Under the pieces are notes generated by a model, which was given only the letters and a program-made list of their open reading frames with translations, had not been told where the DNA came from and searched no databases. Source: Cyanobacteriota bacterium (GTDB lineage: Bacteria; Cyanobacteriota; Cyanobacteriia; PCC-6307; Cyanobiaceae). Taken from it: 56,173 bases of DNA. Numbering within the stretch: position 1 is the first letter of the stretch; each line of letters starts with the position of its first letter. Positions 37,286-44,962 of this stretch are shown here, in pieces. The stretch lies in the NCBI GenBank assembly GCA_046052125.1, contig JBJOMY010000008.1, positions 1-56,173 on the forward strand, read 5' to 3'. The translations under genes were made by a program, and so were the position numbers.

Positions 37286-39082
37286 TCAGGCCAGCGCTCG
37301 GATCCCCTGGTAGGCCAGGAAGCTCACCAGCCAGGCCAGCAGCAAAGACCATGCCACGCTCAGCACAGTGAATCCCAGCTGCTTCGACTCACTGCGGATC
37401 ACCGCCACCGTGGAGAGGCAAGGCGTGTAGAGCAGGGTGAACAACATGAAGCTGATCGCCTGCGGCACGCTCACATCGGCGGCCATGGCTTGGCCCAGAG
37501 CAGCCGGATCCGCCTGGCCGTAGATCACCGCCAGGCCCCCGAGCACGATCTCCTTGGCGATGAAGCCAAACAGCAGGGCCACCGCGAGCTTCGGGTTGAT
37601 GCCGATCGGAGCGAGCAGGGGCTGCATCCAGGCGCCCAGCTGGCCGGCGAGGCTGGAGCTCGAGGCCGGTTCAACCCCCACGGGCAGGTTGTTGAGCAGC
37701 CACACCGCCACCACCCCAAAAATGATGAAGCGGCGCGACCACAGCCAGAAGTGCTTCACCTCGCTCCAGGCGCGGGTGATCATCTGGCCCGCCGTGGGTA
37801 GCCGGTAGGGGGGCAGTTCCAGCACCAGCGGCTCTTCGTTGGGGAAGCGGCCGCGAAACACCAGGGCCGTGAGCATCGCCGCCAGGAAACTGGTGAGGTA
37901 GAGGCCGAAGATCACCAGGCCCCCCTGGCGGGCCGGGAAGAACACCGCCGCCATGAACAGGAACACGTTCAGGCGGGCTGAGCAGAGCGAGAAGGGAATG
38001 ATCAGCATCGAGAGCAGCCGCAGGCCTCGATCGCGCATCACCCGGGTGCCCAGGATCGCCGGCACATTGCAGCCGAAGCCCATCAGCGAGAGCACGAAGC
38101 TGCGGCCATCGAGCCCGAGCCGTTCCATGAAGGCGTCCATGAGGTAGGCCGCCCGCGAGAGGTAGCCGCTGTCTTCCACCACGCCCATGGCCAGAAAAAA
38201 CAGGGCGATCACTGGCAGGAAGGCCATCACCGTGCCCAGGCCTTGATACAGGCCCTCCAGCAGGAATCCCTGCAGCAGGCTTGGCAGGGGAGCCAGGAGC
38301 GGTTTGAGCGCCAGTTGGCCGAACTGGTCGAGCAGGCCGGCCAGGCCTTCCTGCACCGGCACACCGATCGCATAGATGGCCTGGAACATCAGGGCCATCG
38401 CCAGGAAAAACAGCGGTAGGCCCAGCAGGGGGTGCAGCAGCACCGCATCCAGACGCCGGGTGCGCTGATCACGCCAGCGGCCAGGCAGGGTGACGCTCCG
38501 CTCCACGAGCGCGGCCATGGCGGCATCGAGCTCCGCATCCACGGCGGCCAACCTCGGCTCGAGCTGCTGCACCGCCGCCGCCTGCTCCTCCGAGGCCTCG
38601 AGTTGGTGCACCAAGCTGTGCTTGAGGCTGTCGATCCCTTGGCGGTATTTGGCGCTGAGCAGTTGCACCGGCAGCTCCAGGCCTGAACTCAGCGCTTCGG
38701 TGTTGATTCGAACCCCGAAGCGGCTGGCCTCATCGGCCATGTTGAGCAGCACCAGCGCCGGTAGGCCCAGGCGTTGCACCTGCAGCGCCAGCCGCAGCTG
38801 CCGATCGAGCTGGCTGGCGTTGAGTACCACCAGCACCAGATCCACCGGCGTGCGTTCCAGGAAGCGGCGCACCACCGCTTCGTCTTCGCTGTGGCCGCGC
38901 AGGTCGTAGATGCCTGGCAGATCCACGAGCTGGAGCGTTCGGCCCGAGAGCTCCAGGCCCGCCTGCATCAGTTCAACAGTGAGGCCAGGCCAGTTGCCGA
39001 TATGGGCGTGGTGGCCGGTGAGCCGGTTGAACAGGGTCGACTTGCCCGTGTTGGGCATGCCGATCACGGCGATGGTGCTCAC
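37286..39082 (-). CDS. feoB: Ferrous iron transporter B
   Basis: GMPNTGKS, GNWPG.TVE, DLPG, NMAD, GFGCNVP, CSARL, ELP.Y. Confidence 0.95.
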   Translation of the reverse strand: MSTIAVIGMPNTGKSTLFNRLTGHHAHIGNWPGLTVELMQAGLELSGRTLQLVDLPGIYDLRGHSEDEAVVRRFLERTPVDLVLVVLNASQLDRQLRLALQVQRLGLPALVLLNMADEASRFGVRINTEALSSGLELPVQLLSAKYRQGIDSLKHSLVHQLEASEEQAAAVQQLEPRLAAVDAELDAAMAALVERSVTLPGRWRDQRTRRLDAVLLHPLLGLPLFFLAMALMFQAIYAIGVPVQEGLAGLLDQFGQLALKPLLAPLPSLLQGFLLEGLYQGLGTVMAFLPVIALFFLAMGVVEDSGYLSRAAYLMDAFMERLGLDGRSFVLSLMGFGCNVPAILGTRVMRDRGLRLLSMLIIPFSLCSARLNVFLFMAAVFFPARQGGLVIFGLYLTSFLAAMLTALVFRGRFPNEEPLVLELPPYRLPTAGQMITRAWSEVKHFWLWSRRFIIFGVVAVWLLNNLPVGVEPASSSSLAGQLGAWMQPLLAPIGINPKLAVALLFGFIAKEIVLGGLAVIYGQADPAALGQAMAADVSVPQAISFMLFTLLYTPCLSTVAVIRSESKQLGFTVLSVAWSLLLAWLVSFLAYQGIRALA

Positions 39083-39312
39083 GCGGCGAGGCTCACGCGG
39101 GCGGCATCACGCCGGCGGAGCATCAGTTCGGTCATGCCCACACGCACGTGCACCGGCCCCGACCACCAGCCGCGCCGCAGCACCTGCACGACTTGTCCAG
39201 GGCGCAGTCCAAGGGCCTCGAGGCGCTGTCGCAGGCCGGCATCCGCTGCCAGGTCCGAAACCGTGGCCGTAGAGCCAGGAGGGAGATCCACCAGCCGGGA
39301 CGCTGCGCCCAT
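39079..39312 (-). CDS. feoA: FeoA protein
   Basis: RLEALGLRPG..V.V..GP..LRR..A; overlaps the feoB start. Confidence 0.88.
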   Translation of the reverse strand: MGAASRLVDLPPGSTATVSDLAADAGLRQRLEALGLRPGQVVQVLRRGWWSGPVHVRVGMTELMLRRRDAARVSLAA

Positions 39313-39324
39313 GAACGACTCGCT

Positions 39325-39343
39325 ATTGCGAATGAGTTGCAAT
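39325..39343. promoter_or_regulatory. Putative Fur box upstream of feoAB
   Basis: ATTGCGAATGAGTTGCAAT, imperfect 9-1-9 palindrome in an AT-rich patch 12 bp upstream of the feoA ATG. Confidence 0.65.
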
Positions 39344-39420
39344 ATCTTATGCCCTTGCGCGGCTGCCTCTTCGGCTGGGGCTGGTTACGTTGAAGTTGTC
39401 ACGCGCTGCGGTGGACGCCG

Positions 39421-39681
39421 GTGCTGCACTTTTGGTCGCCCCATCTCGATCCGGCCCATCCGCAGGACTGCACGCAGCCCGAGCGTTACGTGATCCAGGT
39501 GCAAGCCAGCGGTGGTTTTTTGGCGATCGGCAGCGATGGTCAATCGCTGATGGAGGTGCCTAAGCCGCAGCTGGCTCACCTCTTCCATGTCCACGAAGCG
39601 GCGTTGCGGGCGGCCAAAGAGCTCAATGCCGAGGGGCGCGGCCCGGTGGATGTGGTGAAAATCGAGCTGGATGTGCCCTGA
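39421..39681 (+). CDS. Small hypothetical protein
   Basis: 86-aa ORF with coding-like composition, filling the gap between feoA and hemB. Confidence 0.6.
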   Translation: MLHFWSPHLDPAHPQDCTQPERYVIQVQASGGFLAIGSDGQSLMEVPKPQLAHLFHVHEAALRAAKELNAEGRGPVDVVKIELDVP

Positions 39682-39733
39682 GGGCCAGGCTCCGTAGGAT
39701 CCGCGCCAGCCTGCCGCCCCTGTGCCCGCCCGG

Positions 39734-40735
39734 ATGGAGCTCACCTACCGCCCCCGCCGCCTGCGCCGTTCCCCTGCTCTGCGGGCGATGGTGCGGGAAA
39801 CCTCGCTCAGCGCCGCCGACTTCATCTATCCGCTGTTCGTGCATGAGGGCGCCACGAATGAGCCGATCGGCGCCATGCCCGGCTGTCAGCGCTGGAGCTT
39901 GGAGGGGCTGGTGCAGGAGGTGGGCCGCGCCTGGGATCTGGGCATCCGCTGCGTGGTGCTGTTCCCCAAGGTGGCCGATGGCCTCAAAACCGAAGACGGC
40001 GCTGAGTGCTTCAACGAGGGCGGTCTGATCCCCCGCGCCATCCGCCGGCTCAAGGAGGTGCATCCTGGTATGGCGATCATGACCGACGTGGCCCTCGATC
40101 CCTACTCCTGCGACGGCCACGACGGCATCGTGAGCGATGAGGGCGTGGTGCTCAACGATGAGACCGTGGCGATCCTCTGCAAGCAGGCCGTGGCCCAGGC
40201 CCGCGCCGGCGCGGATCTGATCGGCCCCAGCGACATGATGGATGGCCGCGTTGGCGCGATCCGTGAAGCCCTCGATGAAGAGGGTTTTGAGCACGTGGGG
40301 ATCATCAGCTACACGGCCAAATACGCCTCCGCCTATTACGGCCCCTTCCGCGAGGCTCTTGATTCAGCACCCCGCGCGGCGGCCAGCAAGCCGATCCCCA
40401 AGGACAAATCCACCTATCAGATGGATCCGGCCAACGCCCGCGAAGCGATCACCGAAGCCCAGCTCGATGAGCAGGAAGGGGCCGACATCATGATGGTGAA
40501 GCCAGGCTTGGCCTACCTCGACATCATTCATCGCCTGCGCGAGGAGAGCGAGCTGCCGATTGCTGCTTACAACGTGAGCGGCGAATACGCGATGGTGAAG
40601 GCGGCCGCCGAGAAGGGCTGGATCGATGAGCGGGCCGTGGTGCTCGAAACCTTGCTCTGCTTTAAGCGGGCTGGCGCTGATCTGATCCTCACGTATCACG
40701 CCTGTGATGCGGCTCAGTGGTTGCGCGAGGGTTGA
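39734..40735 (+). CDS. hemB: Porphobilinogen synthase
   Basis: RPRRLR, DVALDPY..GHDG, PSDMMDGR, YQMD, MVKP, YNVSGEY. Confidence 0.97.
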   Translation: MELTYRPRRLRRSPALRAMVRETSLSAADFIYPLFVHEGATNEPIGAMPGCQRWSLEGLVQEVGRAWDLGIRCVVLFPKVADGLKTEDGAECFNEGGLIPRAIRRLKEVHPGMAIMTDVALDPYSCDGHDGIVSDEGVVLNDETVAILCKQAVAQARAGADLIGPSDMMDGRVGAIREALDEEGFEHVGIISYTAKYASAYYGPFREALDSAPRAAASKPIPKDKSTYQMDPANAREAITEAQLDEQEGADIMMVKPGLAYLDIIHRLREESELPIAAYNVSGEYAMVKAAAEKGWIDERAVVLETLLCFKRAGADLILTYHACDAAQWLREG

Positions 40736-40791
40736 GGCCAGCCGCAGTTGGTGCGATCCTCCGGGGGCTCCGGCAGCATCCGTGACCCCCG

Positions 40792-41037
40792 ATGGCCCGC
40801 TATCTCCTCCTCTGGGTTCACGGCCCCTGGATCGCTGCCTCGCTGATGGTGATCCTGGCCTTCCGCTTGCTGTTGGCTGAAGACTTCAGCCTGCACGGCC
40901 ACGGCTGGGGTTTGCTGGGCAGCGCCTCGATCTGCTTCTCGATCGGCTGCGTCTGCAAGGTGTCGTGGGTGTTGGCTCAGCTCAACCGCCGCCGCAGCGC
41001 CGCTGAGCAACAGCTCGAACACCTGGTGCTGCATTGA
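40792..41037 (+). CDS. Small two-TM membrane protein (paralog 1)
   Basis: Two hydrophobic segments; motif WGLLGSASICFSIGC. Confidence 0.72.
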   Translation: MARYLLLWVHGPWIAASLMVILAFRLLLAEDFSLHGHGWGLLGSASICFSIGCVCKVSWVLAQLNRRRSAAEQQLEHLVLH

Positions 41038-41048
41038 CTGCCACCGGT

Positions 41049-41285
41049 ATGAGCCGCTCCACCGTTCTGCTGATCATCGGCATCCCTTGGGCCACGGCGG
41101 TGGCGGTGCTGTTGATGGTGACCAAGATCCATGCCTTCAGCGGCCGGGTGCACTGGGGGCTGCTGGGCAGCGCCTGCATCTGTTTCTCGATTGGCTGCCT
41201 GGCGCGCACCAGCGTGGGTCTGCATGACATGGCCCAGCGGGCCAAGCGTGAGAGCGCGGCGGCGATGGATCGGCCGGCGTCCTGA
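41049..41285 (+). CDS. Small two-TM membrane protein (paralog 2)
   Basis: Motif WGLLGSACICFSIGC; stop overlaps the TolC start (TGATG). Confidence 0.72.
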   Translation: MSRSTVLLIIGIPWATAVAVLLMVTKIHAFSGRVHWGLLGSACICFSIGCLARTSVGLHDMAQRAKRESAAAMDRPAS

Positions 41286-42997
41286 TGGGTTGGCGTTCGC
41301 TGCTGCGGGCGGCTGCTGGGCTGGGGGCTGGTTGTTGGCTGTCGGCGGCTGCGGCGGCGCCAGGGGGCACGTCGGTGCCCGTATCACCAGGGTTGTTGCG
41401 CTCCCTGGCGGCGTTTGAGTGTGATCTGTTTGAGCTGGATGGAGCCCTGAGACCCCGGCCCGTGAGCGCTGCGCTGCCCTTCAGCCTCTCCGATCCCGCC
41501 TTTCAGCCTCCCGATCCAGCGGCGGTGCCTACCACGGTGGCGGCGGCGGATCAGCCCCAGGAGCGCCTGCTCAGCCTGCCCCAGGCCCTGGCGGTGGCGG
41601 TGGCCAATAATCCCGAGCTGGCGGAGCGGCGGGCTCGTATCGCCGAGATGCGCGGCTTGAAGCGCTCGGTGCAGGGGCGGTTCTGGCCGCGGCTGGGCCT
41701 CAACCTGGGCGGCTCCTTCGCCCAGCGCAGCGACTACAACCTGGTGCTCCAGGACAACGCTGGGATCTACCCGGCGGTGACGGTGCCTCCAGCGCCAAAC
41801 CCAAAGTCGGCTTTCCTGGTGGCGGAGAACGGTTGGAACCGAATCCAGGCCAACCAGGGCAGCACCTGGGGCAGCCTGGATTTGGACTGGGAACTGATCA
41901 GTTTTGAGCGCGGCGCTGCCTTGGCGGAGCAGGATCAGCGCCTCAAGGCCAGCCTCGAGCAGTACGGGGATGCCTTGCGCCTGTTGCAGCTTCAGGTGAG
42001 TGAGGCCTACTACGGCCTGCAGTTGGCGGATCAGTTGTTGCGGATCCGCCAGGCCGTGGTGCGCAACGACACCCTGGTGCGCGATCAGGTGGCGGCTCTC
42101 AAGGGTTCAGGCTTGGTGCCGCGGCTCGATCTGCTGCGGGCGGAAGCGGCGCTGCAGCAAAGCCGCTTCCGGCAGGACCAGGCCGATGCCCTCCGCTTGA
42201 GCCGTCGCCAGGCCCTCACCAATCTGCTCAATGTGGCCTTCACAACGCTGCTGCGGGCCCGCACGGATGTGGCGCTGCAGCCCCCCTGGCCCTTGCCGCT
42301 CGATGCCACCTTGGTGGCGGGTCTGCGGGATAACCCGGCCCTCGATCAGCTCTCGGCGGAGCGCCAGGCCCTGTTGCGTCAGGCCGATCGGCGCCAGGCC
42401 CAGTTGCTGCCCAAATTGGAGCTGTTTGCCGCCGGTGGCGGGGGCGCCGATCTGCTCACCAAGCCAGTGATCGATCTCAACGGCTGCTGCTCGTCGATGA
42501 ACACACCGCAGCTCTCCACCCAGAGCGCGGATTGGGTGGCTGGGTTGCGGCTGCACTGGCGCTTGTTCGATGCCGGTGTGTCGGGAGGAGAAGCCCAGGC
42601 CAGCCGGGCCGCTGCCGAGGCGGTGTTACAGCGCTTGGCACGCCAGCGCAACCAGATTCGCCAGGAGTTGGAGTCGGCCTTCTACGACTATCGCGCTTCG
42701 TTGAGTCAGCTGGCGGCGGCGGAGGCGTCGTATCAGGCTTCACGGGAAGCCTTTCGGGATGCCCGCGCCCGCTACGAGCTGGGGCTGGCCGACTACACCG
42801 ATGTGAGCGAGTCGATCCTGTTGCTCACGCGCGCGATGGAGGGGATCGCCGAATCCACCACCCTCGCCAACGTGAGCTACGCGCGGATGTTGCGTCAGCT
42901 GCAGCCGGTGCCTCGGCAGCCGGAGCGCGAGCCGAGCTTGCCGCTCACCCTGTCGGTTGATCCGGTTCCTCAGGGGTCGTCGCGCCTTCAGCCCTGA
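41285..42997 (+). CDS. TolC-family outer membrane channel
   Basis: LSL.QAL..A..NNP.L, VSEAYY.LQ, G..PRLDLLRAE, W.LFD.G, A.ARYE.GL. Confidence 0.88.
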   Translation: MGWRSLLRAAAGLGAGCWLSAAAAAPGGTSVPVSPGLLRSLAAFECDLFELDGALRPRPVSAALPFSLSDPAFQPPDPAAVPTTVAAADQPQERLLSLPQALAVAVANNPELAERRARIAEMRGLKRSVQGRFWPRLGLNLGGSFAQRSDYNLVLQDNAGIYPAVTVPPAPNPKSAFLVAENGWNRIQANQGSTWGSLDLDWELISFERGAALAEQDQRLKASLEQYGDALRLLQLQVSEAYYGLQLADQLLRIRQAVVRNDTLVRDQVAALKGSGLVPRLDLLRAEAALQQSRFRQDQADALRLSRRQALTNLLNVAFTTLLRARTDVALQPPWPLPLDATLVAGLRDNPALDQLSAERQALLRQADRRQAQLLPKLELFAAGGGGADLLTKPVIDLNGCCSSMNTPQLSTQSADWVAGLRLHWRLFDAGVSGGEAQASRAAAEAVLQRLARQRNQIRQELESAFYDYRASLSQLAAAEASYQASREAFRDARARYELGLADYTDVSESILLLTRAMEGIAESTTLANVSYARMLRQLQPVPRQPEREPSLPLTLSVDPVPQGSSRLQP

Positions 42998-43154
42998 GGC
43001 GCCGCTGCTCCAGCCGTGAGCGCAGGGCCAGGCTGCGCCAGGTGAGCAGTACCAGCAGGGCGATGAACCAGAACCACACCTCGGGGGCATTGCTCTGGAG
43101 CAGCACCGCCAGAAGCACCACCTCCAGGGCCAGAAAGGGCCATTCGCGCTTCAT
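42945..43154 (-). CDS. Small two-TM membrane protein
   Basis: MKREWPFLALEVVLLAVLL..WFWFIALLVLLTW; ATGA overlap with the HlyD stop. Confidence 0.68.
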   Translation of the reverse strand: MKREWPFLALEVVLLAVLLQSNAPEVWFWFIALLVLLTWRSLALRSRLEQRRLRAEGATTPEEPDQPTG

Positions 43155-44467
43155 GGCAGGGTTCCCTCCTGGCGGCGGCTGGGCTGATCCTGCTGCAGAT
43201 CGAGTTGGGGGGTGCGGTAGGTGCCGGTGAGGTCCCGCAACACCGGCAGCAGATAGCTCACCGGTGTTCGCCATTCCACGTAGGCGTGTGCCTTGAGGGT
43301 GAGCCCTTCGCGGATCGGGAACACGCTGCTGCCCTTGGAGAGGGTCCAGCGGTACCCGTCGTCGCTGCGGCGGCCGGGGAGGAGATCGATTTCGGTGCGG
43401 ATCACCGGGCCGCTGGCCACCAGCGATTGGGCCAGCGGTGGGTTGCCCATGGTGGTGTTGATGTCTTCCGGGGTGGCGGGCAGCAGGCTCACCCGCTCCA
43501 CCACTCCCTGGATGCCGCCGAAACGGCCGCGCTGCTGCCAGTCGGGCACCACTTCGATGCCCTGGTTGTGCTGCAGGCGCCGGGCATCGGCGGGGTGGAA
43601 GTAGGCGATGGCCCGCAGCGGGGTGTTGTTCTGCCCCGTGGCGCTGGCCGATCCGAGGGTGCCGAGGCGCTGGCCCGGTTTCACCGTCTGACCGCGGATC
43701 ACCTGCAGGTCGAGCACGCTGCCATCGCGCTTGGCCGTGAGGTGGCCCTGGTATTTGAGTTTGGCCTCGGTCACCCGCACTTCGCGGCGGGTGTTATCGA
43801 TGCGGAAGCGCCGTTGCTGCTGCTCGGTGTCGATGTCGAGCTTCACCTTGGTGTAAGCGCTGATCACATCCTTTTCACGGATGGCGAGCTCATCGAGCTC
43901 CACCTGCAGCTGGGTGTTGCGATCGGAGGTGCTCACCACCTCCTGCGACAGCGGTGCCACCACCTCGGTGCGGGCCAGATGGGCGAAATCGGCCACCTTC
44001 TGGGCATAGGTGATCTGCAGGCTGCGCACCCGCTGGCGCTCCCGCTGCAGTTTGCGTAGGGCTGTATCGCGCACCTCCCGGGCGGCCTGCAGGCGGATGG
44101 CGTCGCGGCGGTTGAGGTCGGTGTTGATCTGCACCAGTTCGCGCAGGTCGCGTTGTTGCTGCTCGAGCTGCTTTTCCAGGGCCGGCTGATCGAGCACCAT
44201 CAGCAGCTGGCCCTGGCGCACCACATCGCCCACCTTCACCTTCAGCTCGCGGATCTGGCCTTCGGCCCGGCTGTCGAGGATGGTGGCGCCGCCGGGCACG
44301 ATCACCACACCGGTGCCCACCACCTCGGTGGGCACCGGCCAGAACAGGGCCCAGAGCGCGGTGAGGCTGCCCACGCTGATCAGGCTGAGCAGCACTTGGC
44401 CTTCAGGGTCGCCGGCCTGGCGCTGCCCCCAGCCCCGCAGAGCCTGCAGTGATGGCTTCAGGTTCAC
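43151..44467 (-). CDS. HlyD-family membrane fusion protein, NHLP/NHLM secretion type
   Basis: N-terminal TM, P.EV.GTGV, lipoyl-like halves, long coiled coil, RFGGI.G.V, GYRW, TPVSYLLPVLR..TG. Confidence 0.85.
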   Translation of the reverse strand: MNLKPSLQALRGWGQRQAGDPEGQVLLSLISVGSLTALWALFWPVPTEVVGTGVVIVPGGATILDSRAEGQIRELKVKVGDVVRQGQLLMVLDQPALEKQLEQQQRDLRELVQINTDLNRRDAIRLQAAREVRDTALRKLQRERQRVRSLQITYAQKVADFAHLARTEVVAPLSQEVVSTSDRNTQLQVELDELAIREKDVISAYTKVKLDIDTEQQQRRFRIDNTRREVRVTEAKLKYQGHLTAKRDGSVLDLQVIRGQTVKPGQRLGTLGSASATGQNNTPLRAIAYFHPADARRLQHNQGIEVVPDWQQRGRFGGIQGVVERVSLLPATPEDINTTMGNPPLAQSLVASGPVIRTEIDLLPGRRSDDGYRWTLSKGSSVFPIREGLTLKAHAYVEWRTPVSYLLPVLRDLTGTYRTPQLDLQQDQPSRRQEGTLP

Positions 44468-44554
44468 GGCAGGCCGTCCTCTCGCACCATGATTCCTGCC
44501 GGTCCTCCGCGATGGGTGGCAGCGTTGACAATGGAAGGATCGTCGATCAGGTCC

Positions 44555-44962
44555 ATGTCCGCCAGCCACCGACTCGGCCATGTCGCCCTGCGGGTGCAGG
44601 ACATGGATCGTGCCAAACGCTTCTACCTGGGGCTCGGCCTGCAGCTCACCTGGGATGCCGATGACTGGTGCTACGTGCAGTGGCCCGCCACCGGGGAGGG
44701 CATTGCCCTGTTGAGCCCCAGTTACCGGGCGGCTGGGCCCCACTTCGCCTTCCACTTCAACGACCGCGCTGAGGTGGACCGGATCCGCGAGCAGCTGGTG
44801 GAGCAGGGTCACAGCTGCGGGCCGGTGCACGATCACCGCGACGGCACCGCCTCCTTTTATATGCAGGATCCGGAGGGCAACTGGCTGGAGATGCTCTACG
44901 AGCCGGCCGGTGGCATCCCCTCCAACACCGGCGCCGAACCGATCGCGGTGTTTCCGGCGTGA
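44555..44962 (+). CDS. VOC/glyoxalase family protein
   Basis: LGHVALRV.D..RA..FY, HFAF, SFY..DPEGN.LE. Confidence 0.87.
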   Translation: MSASHRLGHVALRVQDMDRAKRFYLGLGLQLTWDADDWCYVQWPATGEGIALLSPSYRAAGPHFAFHFNDRAEVDRIREQLVEQGHSCGPVHDHRDGTASFYMQDPEGNWLEMLYEPAGGIPSNTGAEPIAVFPA

